DNA from: Amoebophrya sp. A120
Taxonomy: Eukaryota; Protista; Dinoflagellata
Direction of reading: 5' to 3'
Assembly: GCA_905178155.1 (NCBI GenBank)
Contig: CAJINV010000003.1
Span: 1,825,348-1,889,347 of the forward strand
DNA: 64,000 nt
Position 1 is the stretch's first letter. Each line of letters opens with the position of its first letter. This document shows positions 1 to 12,600 of this stretch, piece by piece. The notes under the pieces were generated by a model. That model was not told where the DNA came from, searched no databases, and saw only the letters and a program-made list of their open reading frames with translations. A program made the position numbers and the translations under genes.

Positions 1-674
1 ACCAATGCCATCGCTTCCTCAGGCTCTTCGTCCTCGGCCTGCTCTGCGTCCTTCTTTTTTCCATGATGCGCTTTCCACTCGCGGAGGAGCAGGTCCGGGT
101 CGATCTTCGCCGCCGCCTCGTCTTCGCCGCAAAACTCGCCAGACGTGACATATTTGTAGGAGTCGAGGTAATCGAGGCGGTCCTCAACCCACTTGGTTTC
201 GTTCTCTACTTCAGCTTTCTTCCGCCCCGCTACACTGCGCGCCAATTTTGCCAAGCCATCGCTAAGCACCTGAAAGTTTTTGCCTTTTGAATCCGAGCAG
301 AAGAATTCGATTTGATGTCATGGAGTTTCTCAATATCATGGCGAGATGAGCTATGATAAGCAAACGAAAGATCCGGGTCTAGAGCATGAAAAGCAAAAGC
401 GACACATTACCTCATAAATCTTCTCGACCGGAAACCCACACGAGCTCATTACTCCTCTGTCATGAATGTGCGAGCACACGTTCAGCACGATATCAATTTT
501 GCCTTGGAGGCTTAGCACCTTCCCCGCTTGCTCCAGCGCCTTTTCGTGGAGGCGGTAGAGCGGATAGCGCATCCGGGAAAACAAACCACTTTTGACGCTC
601 CACACTTCGTCTTCATAGAGATCGAGCCACGCCTCGATCTCGTTTTCCGAAGCGTCTTTTTTTAACGCTTTCAT
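1..674 (-). CDS. Hypothetical protein, 2 exons visible, runs off the window's left edge
   Basis: The ORF from 674 has a GAG|GTAATG donor at 410 and a TTTCAG|GTG acceptor at 270, both phase 0. The second exon (VLSDGLAKLARS...AEDEEPEEAMAL) is open to base 1. Confidence 0.55.
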
Positions 675-1418
675 GTTGATTCCCTGCGGTCACGGGGAAA
701 TGAAATGGTGGTCAGGAGCTACGGTACAACAAATAGGTCTATTGTTTTGTTTTTTTTTCTTTTGGAACGATATACACGACAAAGGAATGCTCAACATGAA
801 GTATGGGCGGCGATACTCTTTTGCATAAAGATTAGATGTAGATCATGGCATGTTGTTGGCACGGCGTTTTAATCAGCGCACCACAATTGTGTGCGGCGTT
901 GATTCTATTTCGAGGCACGTTTGAGCTAACGAGTGGTGCTGCGTCCCCCATACGAAAAACAATGGCAGACCGACACCGACGATCGTCGTGTTTATACTTT
1001 GGAAAACATGATCAGTCACAATCAACCGAGATCGAGAAACCATATTTGTAGAAGATTTGTACGCTCATATTCATCATGGTCCCTGCTAGGTAGTAACACG
1101 AAACAAGATCCCGGACCCAGCTGTTCCCCTGAACCCAGCTGAAGATAAGCCGACGTAGTCCTGAGTGTGCCGCCGAAACCCAAACCTGGACCGATAGGGA
1201 ATGCAGAGACTTCCCTAGTACAAGCGACACGTCGTGCTCGTGATCGATTTCAGCACGGACACGCACACGGAGCACATCTCGTACGAAGGAAAACGACCGG
1301 CGCGAACAGGTTCTATTTTTCTCCGATTTTGGATTCTTGCGCTAGAAACTCGGTTTCAAATTTCCTTTATCGCCGTCATTTGCGTATTGAAATGTAGGTC
1401 CCTCCTTCAGGTCGTGCT

Positions 1419-2306
1419 TCACGTTTTTGTTACTACGCAACCTTCATAGCAATACACTGGTATGGATTTGAACTTTTCCACTTTCGTTGGAGCCACGTTT
1501 TCGATAGGCAGGCGAAACACATACGACACAACCTTGCATTTTCTCGTCGTCAGCGCCGTTTCGAGCACATCCACGATGTGCTTCATGCCCTCCGGAACCA
1601 AGTATACGAAAAATATTGTTCCAGTTTCGGCAATTTCTGTCCGAAATCCGCATACATCAGCGAGCAGCAGCTCGGGGCGGAGCGTGTTTTCATTTCCGCT
1701 ATTTGGTGTTTCTGTATCTGTTAAAGTAGTTTGAGAAGATCTTCCAAAGCGCATCGCCGCTAGTACCTGGCCGGCAGCTTTCGAAGACAGCACGGCGCCC
1801 TCTCTGTCTTTGACCAGGTATTCTCCGCTCGTGGCCGCAGTTTCTTCTTCAAGAATCGCCGGCGCAGTAGATGAGGTTGAACATAACGCAGCAGGAGTTC
1901 TTGTCTTGCCGTGAAGTAGCTGACAGCTTTCTAGCCGCTCCTGTGCCTTCTCGAACAAAACGGGATCGTACTCTATCCCGATGGCCGCTCGTGGTAGTCG
2001 GTCCGCAAAGCGCTTGACGAAAGCACCCACTACACGGCCGTCACCGCAGCCAAGATCGAAAAACACGTCACGGTCCGTCACACCCGCGCCCTCCGCGTAG
2101 AAATCCAGCGCCAGCTGAATCACTTCGTCGCTTGTCGGATTAAACGGCGCTAGCTTTGGCCCGGAGCAAAGGGCGGGGTCCCCAATCTTGGGCATTGTCT
2201 TCGTTCCATGATCCGCTGTCTCGGGGGGCGGGGCGCCGTAGGGATTTGCGGCAGCACCACTCGGTACCGGAGCGGAAGAACCGCCACTAGTACTAGGGGA
2301 TACCAT
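1419..2306 (-). CDS. Class I SAM-dependent methyltransferase, FAM173/ANTKMT-like protein-lysine MTase
   Basis: It has LAPFNPT, motif I FFDLGCGDGR, GIEYD, IFFVYL and VVSYVF in the expected order, with a low-complexity insert in the middle. Confidence 0.8.
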   Translation of the reverse strand: MVSPSTSGGSSAPVPSGAAANPYGAPPPETADHGTKTMPKIGDPALCSGPKLAPFNPTSDEVIQLALDFYAEGAGVTDRDVFFDLGCGDGRVVGAFVKRFADRLPRAAIGIEYDPVLFEKAQERLESCQLLHGKTRTPAALCSTSSTAPAILEEETAATSGEYLVKDREGAVLSSKAAGQVLAAMRFGRSSQTTLTDTETPNSGNENTLRPELLLADVCGFRTEIAETGTIFFVYLVPEGMKHIVDVLETALTTRKCKVVSYVFRLPIENVAPTKVEKFKSIPVYCYEGCVVTKT

Positions 2307-3652
2307 GATGTTCTGTTGCGACGCTGTCGCTGGATACCACTACTAGTACCTCCGGAAGGTCAATAAACCGCAAGACTGTAGTACACTCAAATGGAAGTGA
2401 TGAGGTGTTCATTGATTTTGTTTTTGTCTAGGAGCACGAAGTGCAACTTCTGCAACTACAGTGCCTACTTCTAATGGGCCTGATACATGATTTGGCGAGT
2501 TGTTTGTGTTCCTCACAAAAGTTTTAGTCAGCGCATATACACACTGTATGTTCCTCTTTGCTGAATTTCGTGATGGTAAGGAGGTGATACTTTCTCTTCG
2601 CTCCCTGGACCTTTGCGTTTGATCGTGGCGGCTCAAGGCGATATCAATGCTGTTCAAGGAGCAACCCACACGACCTCCTCATACGGACCCATTCTGGGAT
2701 AAGGGTGAAGATCACGGCCTTTTAGCGGTTGGCATTGATTGCCCTGCACCAGAAAGAGAAAAGACGTATCGGTCGTGGTTTTATCTTCATTTTCGTTCTT
2801 GCACTTGCACCGCTACTTTCCTACGTTGCAGCCTTGCACCAGCACCAGTAGTACTTTATTGCGTCGCAAACCCGCAAACAAGTGCCACCCTGGTGACGAT
2901 GAAGACGAGAGCAACTGGGCCATCCTCCTTCAGCTGCATCTGGTCTTCGGAACTCCCTATCCGCAGCTGTGCTCCTCCTGGATGGTGGCGTCTCGTCTGA
3001 TTGAATTCATTCGTTCTACTTGTGCTACGGATTGGTAACAGGATCAGTTCAGCAAAAAGTTTTTCATACGCACGCATACGCATGTTCATACGCTTTCGCT
3101 GGCAAGGACGACCTCATACGTTGGTGCCCCACGGCCGTTGCTTACTGTCAAGAACTGAAACAACCGTAACGGTAACGGATGCAACATTCACATTCATCTG
3201 ATGTTTGATAATCGGATAATTGTTAAGAGGATTTCTAGGAAAGTCTGCAACGTCAAAATTGTCAAAGAAAGTTCAAGAAAAACAGACCGAGCAAGTGTCC
3301 ATAGGACCTTGAAGAAGATCACTTAGAGCGGAACCCTACGCCTATAGAATCTCTCGACATTGTACAATGGGACAAAGCTGCAGGGTTCTCGCTAGACATT
3401 CAACTGCATGATGTTGCATTGTTTTGGTAATTGATGGTCTAGTCAGTGCAAGTGCTTCTAGTACGGCTAGGGACAGAGGCGGAAGAAAACATCATACATA
3501 CATATACAATGTGGTCGACACCACGAACAGTTCTACCTAACGTAACCCGCCTCTATCTGGGATGAAAATGAGTGAATTGAAACGGAAATATTAACATCTT
3601 GTTCTCCTCACTCGATTAGGACTACATGGACAACCACATCCTACTCCTAGTC

Positions 3653-6600
3653 CTACATCACATTTCCGAGTATCGAGTTCGCGGTTCCTCCGATCGAGTT
3701 GCCAACGGACCCCAGTCCCGTAATGCCTTGCTGGCCCAGGTTTCCGAAAGTACTGCCGACACTGCCCAAAGCCCCGGACACGTCTCCGTTCGTGAGCTGC
3801 GTACCCAGGCCGCCCGCAAAGTTCGCCGCATCAACACCACCCTGGCCAGCCAGCTGAGCCCCCTGCCCCGCCAGCGCAGCTGCGTCTTTTCCTAGTCCCA
3901 CCGCGCTTTCCGGTGCGTTGCTCAAGGCGGTGCCGGCGGCGCCGACCGCATTCCCTGCTCCGTGCGCAGCATCTCCCGCGGCGGCGGCTCCCTTTGACAG
4001 AATGTTCTTGTCCTGCGCGTTCATCAAGGCGCTTTGGTGCCCGTCCTCCGTTTCTGGTGGGGGGTTGTGCGCCATGCGCAACTTACAGCGGGCATTCGCG
4101 TTTCGGCCGCAGTAGCACCCTATCAAATGCAGAAGTGTCTGGGTCTGGAAGGATACAAGGTTTGTCATGTTGGAAGGCTAAGGGCAGGGCGTCCCATTCG
4201 TTTATAAACTTAAAACGGTAGCCACCTACCCAGCAAACTCTGAGTGGAATAAGCACGGGCAAAGCGATCTCTACCGAGAGACAGTCACAAGAGCTCCTGG
4301 GACGGCTGCGGGATGAGCTTTGTAGCCATCTGAGTAGGGATAACTTTGCCGGCAGATACAAGGTTTGTCATGCACATTTTGCAAGAATCCTGATGTCTGC
4401 GATGCATGCCCTAGCATCACAGATTATGTGAGGGCTTTCTGATTCCTATGCCGCATGAGAAATGCCCTCTCGCCGTGGCCAAAACCAGACCTCTTTTGCT
4501 GTTCATGCAATACAGATTTTTGGATAATGCAGACGCAGCATCACAAGCTGCAATCTTCCAGACCCAGACATATTTGCATTTGATACACCCGAGCCGCGGC
4601 TCGGTCCGAAATTCGAACATGCACCCGTGCGGGTACTTGTCCTTTGGACAGTTCCGGTCGGACGTCGTGTTACTCAAATGCCCGTTGTTGTCGTCGTGAA
4701 AGGCACACTCGTGATCGGACATCACCTTGGTCGCGCAGTCGTCCCGTAACGCTTTCATGACGCTCTCCTCCTCTTTCGCAAGCTGGTCGCGGAAGTGCTT
4801 CAAGCCGTCCTTCTCCAGGCCGTCGAGAACTTTCAAATTATAGCCGATCGTCTGCCCGAGCGGCATGCCGACGCCCCCGACTACGTGCTCTTTGATCACG
4901 TCATTGGAGAAAAGATCTGCATCTACTTCTGGTTCTGCGAATGAGGTACTACAAGACGCAGGACTCTTGTTGTTCTTCATGTTCATTCGGTCTCCTGCTC
5001 CGCTGGACGCTGTATAAAAGCTGGTTGTGGAAGACGACGACCTCAATCGCGGTGTTGTTCTCGAGACCACGGGTGACGGGGCCGTACCGCCCCCTCCGCT
5101 GACCATGTCTGCGAAGAGCGCACCGATTCGTGAAGACAAAGCCTGGGTTACGCGACCAACCGTAAGCGCCGAGGCCGACAGCTGAAAGGCGGCGCTTAGT
5201 GCTGTCGCGGTGTTACCACCAGATGATCCCGCCATGTGTAGCATGTCGTATTGCGCGTTACCGTCGCTGTGCAAGAAGGATGTCGTACCACCCAGCAAAT
5301 GCGACGCGTCGTGCTCGTCATGTGTATCATGCACGAAGTCAGAACCGGAGAAAAAAGACGATCTTGATACAGTGCCGCTCGTCGGCTTGAGCTCCTGGGC
5401 ACACCCAGACGCCGAACCTTTCACCCATGGCGAAGCGAGCTCATCAGAGGAAGAAAAGAATGTGGTGGAGGAGTACTGGTGCTTTTGGGATCGCCGGCCG
5501 CGGCCAGCAAAACTTTTTACTCTTTGCGAACCCGTATCTTCGTGAAGTGGTGAGATATTTGAACAAGATGATGTGGAAAAATAGTCCACGTACGACGAAC
5601 GTGTCGGAAGAAGAACCGAACCCTCCTTCTTTGCGCCTCTATTCGCGACTGGTCCTCCTGTAGTTCCCGATGTGCTTAAGAAACTACTCGAACCTGCTGC
5701 TGTAGTGCGGAACGTGGTGGAGGGGACGCTGTCAGGTTCTTGCAAAGAACCTCCTTGCGTCGTCGAAGGTTTCAGATCGTCGCCAGCACCTCCGCCCCGC
5801 GCAGCCGCGTCTGCATGATCCACTCCTTCGCGAAGATTCTTCGTAGATCGTTGCGTCTCCACCATGGCAGTGATGTTGGTTGGAAGTCCCATGCTTGCCA
5901 TGGGATTCATGGAGGGCATGCCACCGCTCAGCGGGTTAGACATCATACCTCCTGGCATTCCGCCCAAAGGGTTTGACATTCCGCTAAGCGGGTTCATTGA
6001 GGACATGTACCCCTGCGCAGCGGCGGTTGCCTTCTGTTGCGCGGCTTCGGGGGAAAGCGCTGCGGGGTCAAGACCTTGCTGGGCCGCCAAGGCTGCGGGA
6101 TCTAGGTTCGTCGGCAGGTTTTGCGCCAAATTCGCCCCTGCAGCAGCTCCTCCAGCACCGGGAACTACCGGAGTGGTCGGTGGGGCCTCTGGCAGCTCCT
6201 CTTCCGGCTCCAGGGTTTCCAAGAGCGCTTCGGCGACGTTCTCCTGCTTCGGAACCGCGTGAAATTGCTGCAGTGCGTTTCCGTCTGCGAATCGCATCAC
6301 CCGCTGGTAGTCTTCGTCCTTGATCAGACCCAGGGCAATCTCCGCTTTGATGGTGGCCTCGCCCGGGTAGAGGGAAAACACGCTCGTCGCACTCTTGTAC
6401 GTGGCGGGGATCTGCGTTTCGTCCACCTCGTGGTCGCCCCACAGCGGCACGCCGAACTTGTCGTAGGTGGGCGTCGGCACGGGCTTGGTCACCCGGTACA
6501 CGTTGGTTCCGAGCTCCTGACGGGAGGCGTCGTCGATCAACAAACTCACGCCGCCGGCACAGTCGGCGTTGTCGATCCTTCCGCACACGCAGGCCTCCTG

Positions 6601-9600
6601 ACCCACAGCAGTGCGGAAACTGAAGTACTTGGTCGTCCCACTTCCGCACTCCGGGTCGGCCCCGGCCAAGACAGCGCACCTGTAGTAAAAAGCACCAGAT
6701 GATTTTTGATTCGTACTTGACTTCACTTGCAAGTCATGATCTACAGAAAAAAAAACTCGCGCGGCGTCGTGCCACTTCATGTAAAAGGTTTTTGACTACT
6801 AGTGTCCGAAGCCAAAAAATGACCTCCACTGAGCCTGACTCTGTATGTGCTTACAGGAAAGAAAAAATGGTCAAAAAGAAACTCAGTACAGCTCTGGGGT
6901 TTTCGCGCCTGGTAGAAGCTTCACGTCTGTGGTTCCGTCGCCACATTTGAGGTCCTTGGCGACTTCCTCGAACAGTTGCTTGGTCCGGAACTTTTCGTCG
7001 ATGGTGCCGCCGCCGTTGGGGCGGTCGCAGCGCCCATTGTTGATCGCGGTGACGCATGTGGCCGACGTCACAGGCTCCCCCTCGTGGTTCGCGATGTTGA
7101 CGGCCCCACTTTCCGGCGAGAGCTTGTGGCAGCAGTGGTTTCCATCCTTGGTCAGATGGGACGCACACGTCGCCTCGTCTTGGCTCATTTGGCACAAGTT
7201 TGCCGACAAGGGACCCTCCCCACCAGCGTAGCTGAGGTCGAAACCCCCGGGTGGCTGGGGGTTCCAGCCAAGTGCGGGCGGGTGGTCCACGTCTTCCGCG
7301 GTGTCCAGCGGGGCTTTGGAGGCGACCGTGTCGGTAAATTCCTCCGGGTCGCCGTACCACTGCAGCGTGTCGTCCACATGCGCGTTGGGATCGCGCCACG
7401 TGCGCTTCTCCAGCACCCACTGCGGCTTCGCGGGTGCGGGTGCTGCCGCGGCCTCCTCGCCTTCGCCCGCTGCCTCCGTCTCTGCTGGCGGCGGTGCCTG
7501 CTCCACCCGGACGCGGAACAATGCCTGTTTCTTCAAGTCCTCGCTCTCTTCCAAAGCCCAGTACTGCGGCGTTTCCCCAACCGCGGCAACTTTTTTGTAG
7601 CGGCCAAACGGTGGCTGTGGCTCGGGGGTAGTTCCTCCAGCAGCTCCTGCAGTTTTTAACATTGCTTTCGAACCTGGTGCCGCATTCGCAGAAGCGGTGT
7701 CTCCAGTACCGGTCGCATCTCCCGTGGCCGCTGTGGTTTGATCGGCCGCAGCTGTTCCCACTTTTGCTGCACTTGCTCCTGCATCTGGTGCATCTCCGTC
7801 GCCTTCTGCAAAGTCTGTTTTACTTTTGCGAGCTTTTCTCTCCAACTTTTCGTGTATCGGCCAGTTGCTAGAGGACCCGGACATGAGTGGCCGCTCGTCT
7901 CGGTGCGGGGATGACAGACTTGAAGAACTTTTACTTTCTGAAAGAGCTGAAGCGGTTATTGAGCGCGGGGCGACTTTTTCCACTGACACTTCAAGCGCCG
8001 AAGTCGTTCCCGCGGCGGCCGTTCCGGCTTTAGCTCCTCCTGCACTTCCGCCCGCTGCGTCAGTAGTACCAGTCGGAGTTGCTCCACCTGCACCACCTTT
8101 GCCGTCACCAGCTACCTGTCCGCCCCCATCTGCGCCGGCGCCCGAGCCTCCGTCAGCACCAGCACCAGCTGCTGCAGCCAGAAGCCCACGCGCCGCACCC
8201 CCGGCTTTGAGTCTGAGATCCAGGATTGGATCAGTGCCTCCTTCCTCCTCCCCGTTGTTGAGCTGACACTTGAGGTAGTACGCCGGTGGGCCTTTGATGC
8301 ACGTGGTTTTGCAACGATGCATCAGTTTCGCCAGCTCCTCCTCGTCTTTCCACTGGGAGTTCCATCCCTGCGCCTCGTCGCGCACGTCTTGCTCCTTCTG
8401 GTCCGCGGTTTCGGGGTCGAGCAACTTCGCGATTTCGAACTTGAGTTGCTTCTGCGGATCCGTTTCCAGGGGCACGGAGGTGATCTCGCACACCGCGCGA
8501 CCGGTCGTGTCCCGGGTACCGCCCGGTGCGAGCGCGTCCAACCGCGACCGTGCCTTGGCGACGGTTTGATGCACACTGTCCACCATGTCCTCGCGGATGA
8601 CGCAGTACGATTTGTCCACGTCGGGCTCTTTGCCGACCCAGAACGACTGATCCTTCACCCAGCACTGCTCGTGGCGGGCCGAGGAGGTGTCAGTCCCCAG
8701 GCCCCGAAGCTCCGCATCGTCCATGCTTCCCATTAGCTCGCAACTCATGCCGCCAGCACCTGGGTGGAAGTTAGTTGGACAGTATAGAAAGTCAACGAAC
8801 TACTTACTACAACGCGAAAGAGCGACCAGTACTAACTGCTACCGGTACCGACAACACAAATCTAGCTAGCGCTTGGAATGACTACAAGTGTGAAAACTAC
8901 AACTTCACTCAGTATTTAGTATTTTTTTAAGAGTCCAGACTTGGACCTTTCTACCAGGTCCAGGTTTGGAAAGAATCTCCAAGTTTCTTTTTTATACCTT
9001 TCAACATTTTTGTTTGCATGCCCGCGAAGTCGACGGTGATGCCTTTTTCCGCGTTGTACCCAGATTCCGGTGGCAGGAAGTTCTGGGGCTCCGGGTACAC
9101 GGTTGGGTTTTTTGCCAACACGCGCATTGTGGTGGATGCCTTGTCTGCCGGCCAAGTCGGTACCACCGTCGGGTGAGAGGCCTCGGCGTCCGTCCACTTC
9201 AGTTCTTCGAGCTGCCACGGCGACAACGGATCCCCCTGCTTGCCCTGCACCAGCCGATAGCCCTTAGTTGGCCCCGCCGCTGCGGTCGCTCCGGTGTCGT
9301 CGCCGCCTCCTCCGGTTGCAGCCGGCGGGCTTCGCGGCATCACTTTTTCCCACCAACCCGGCTTCTTCGGCAACGCCAGTGTCACAGATGGCGGCACCAC
9401 GGGATCTTTCGGGGGTTCACCACTAGAATCCACGACCGCAGCTTCAGGCCCGTTCTTCTCGGTATCCGCACCGGCTGCAGCTGGTGTGCCTCCATCGTTC
9501 GAAGCTGCAGTCCCAGTAGCCGCGGCCGCTGTCCCAGACGAGCCTTCTGCTGTAGTTGTTGTCGTGGCTGCACCAGTATTTCCGTCGCCTTCAGCGAAGC

Positions 9601-12600
9601 TTGTGGTCAGTCCCTCTGCTCGCGCCTCCGTTGAGCTTGAAGAACTACTTTGCAAATTAGGTTGCAGGACGTCAGCGGGCGGGCTCTTCAATAATACGCG
9701 ATCTTTTTCCTTGATGGCGTGCATTTGCTCATTGAGCTTTTTTGCAGATGCCAAGCCGACATTTCTCTCAGAGCCTATTTCGAGCTCGCTAGTAGCTGTA
9801 CTGGGCGCCGCCCCCGTCGTTCCTGCACCAGCCACTGTACCTGCACCCTCGGCCGTTGACGCTGCAGCTGCTCCTTCGCCCCCACCTCCCTCTGCCGCCG
9901 CAGTACTACCTGTAGCTGCAGCCGCTCCCGCAGTTCCTCCACTAGCAACGCCTTCTTCTGCTTTTGCTACCTCGGCCTTCGGGGTTGGGTGGAACACGTA
10001 TGTCCCCGAAGCTTCCGGAAAGCTTGCGACGGCCACCTTGACGGCGTAGCTCGGCTGGAGTAAGTCAATGCCTTTGCACTCCGGATCGTACGCGCACTCG
10101 TGGATGCATCGGGTCATCAATTTGTTTCGCGGTTCCAGCTGGTCCGGCCCGAGGACTTTTGGGCGCAGCATTTTCGGTTGGTTCGCCGTTTTGCCAGGAA
10201 GTGGCTTGCCGGGCATGCAGGTTCGGCCGTGGATCTCGAAGCCCTCGGTGCTCGGCGGCGGGACGTCCTGAACGTCGCGCGATTCTGCTTGCTCCTGGTC
10301 GACGATGCTTGCCAGGGAAAACAATGAGCTGAGTGGCGCATTTGTTCCGCTCGATCCGCCCTCATTAGCGCAGTGCCCAGGTTGGTTTGCCGGTATACAA
10401 CAATGACTGACGTCGGTTTCCGTGCATTCCGGGCCGGCACACAGCGCCTCGCAGTTCAGCTTTGGTGTCGTCTCCGGACACTGCATCTTGAACCCATCCC
10501 GCTCCGGTAGGTTCTCCCCGCGAAAGTAGAGCCTGCACGCCATGTTCTCATAAGGCTTCGGGGGTTCTTCGGGCACCTCTTTCTCCGGTAGTTCTTGAGG
10601 CGTTAATTCGTCTTCACCAATGCGCTGTGAGAGTTTCTGTGATATGCGCCGATAGTGGTTGCCTAGCTCCTCGATTTCCTTTGCAAAAGGAAACGCTTTA
10701 AGGTTGTTCACTATCTTGTACTCCTTTAGCCTCTCCCCGACCAACGTTTTGCACTTGACGGACTGAATATCACCATCAGTGCTACATTCTTCGTCAAGCT
10801 TTTGCTGTACGCTCCTCTCGTCTTTTGGTGCATCTCCAGTTCCTGCACCTGTAGAAGCATCATCTGCAGTTCCTGATCCTACATCAGCACCTGTCGTTCC
10901 TGCTCCTCCTGCACCTGCAGTTCCTGCTCCTGCAGCACCTGCAGTTCCTGCTCCTGCAGTGTCTGTTCCTGATCCTGCAGTGTCTGTTCCTGATCCTGCA
11001 TCTGCTGCAAACGCAGTGAATATTTTTTTCCCCGTTCTGGTTGGAGAAGATGCCGACACCAGCGGCTCTTCCGCGAGCACGACGGGGTGGGAAGGACGCA
11101 AATAGTCCTTTCGCTTCGCGCATCCGCTTCCTAGAGTTCCTGATCTCGCGCCGGCCCCCCTCCTCGTTCTCTCTCCCATCGCGGCATACGGGAACGGGAT
11201 CTCGAGAAGACCAATGACGCCTTTCACTTTGGAAAGGTTAAAGGGGTCCATGCTTTTCAAGGAGTCCAAGTTCAGGCTCTTCGCCTTGGTGGAGTCCTCT
11301 CCCGCCGCATTCGTCAAGCCAAGGTCCGCCTTGGTGGGATCAAAAGCGTTCGAACCGACGATATCGACGGGATTGGCCATGGTGCCTAGGTTTAAACCCA
11401 CTGTGCCAACGTTCCCAGTCATCTTGTCCGCCAGACTCTGGACCTGGTAGTTCTCAACGATTTTGATCTTATGTTTGAGGCGAGATTATCCCTTGCAAAA
11501 GTACCATACCGCTATACGGTCGTTGCACCGTGCATAGCAAAGATTCTAATTATTTGAAATTTTGTTTCATCTTGAGTTGATCCACCCAAGAACATGCTGC
11601 TATTAAAGGCACATACTCACATCAAGATCGTTCGCAGTTGCGATGCAGTGCCGGATTTCGCAGCACATACAGTGCGATCATTACGTACTTACTTTTGCAC
11701 GGGATAAAAAATCTAGTTCTGCGTCAGCCTCTTCGTAATCCTCCGGATTCACCGAACACTGCCAGCCTTGTTTTCCCGGCAGCGCTTCGTACTTTCGCTT
11801 TCGGTGTTCGTAGGCGTGCTGAGCCATCAGACCCGCGCCTGCTAGAGCGGCGATCCCGGCTCCGCCGAGCAGCATTTTTTGAGCCAGAGAAGAGTTCTTC
11901 AAGGCGTTGTACATCGCGCCCGCCTTGCCTGCTGCATACTCCGCCGCTCGACGAAGCCTGGACTTCTCCGTCTGTTTGAGTTGTGGGACAAGATGAAAAA
12001 GTGATGACTCTGTAATGCAGGGTGCTGTGGTGTCATCTTGAAATTGATGTCGATCAATACATATGCAATCCCATCGTAGTTCCGTAGTTTGTTCCGTATA
12101 GAAAACTAAACATGAAGAGTCATCAAAAAACACAGCTTTACCGCTTTCTGCAGTGCTAATGCAGTATTTGCGGCCTCCGCTTCCTTTCGCTCGCGTTGCA
12201 TGAGGTCTTTGCTCTGGAGCAGATTCCCTTCTTGCAGGTTTTTGCCGACGTCCTGAATGGCTGTCTTGATCTCGTTCATTTTGTCAATCATTTTCTCCAG
12301 CTTTTCAGCGTCGCCCGTTCGATGCCTCCCGGGTCCACACACTTTATTCACGGCACCTGAGCCTGCCGATGTGCTCCCGGCGCCTCCCAATTTGACGACT
12401 GACGCTGGTGTTCCAGCCCCTCCAGCCAGGGCGCCGGCCATAACACCACCAGCACCAGGAACCGGAGGAGGTAAGGGTGACGGTCCAGCACCGATCGACG
12501 AGCCAGTTGCTGCTGCTTCCGCAGGGCCGGCAGATGCAGGTGGAGCAGCAGCACCTGCAGCCGCTGGAGATGCTGGTGGAGCAGCAGCAGCACCTCCAGC

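Noticed and set aside
2409-3201. Possible small spliced gene between the methyltransferase and the giant gene
   Set aside because: Exon-like patches and acceptors exist, but I could not build a consistent frame or recognise a family.
8951-8954. TG|GTAG donor at the end of the 823-aa ORF
   Set aside because: It is phase 2 and incompatible with the phase-1 acceptor at 8760. The G|GTATAA donor at 8997 fits.
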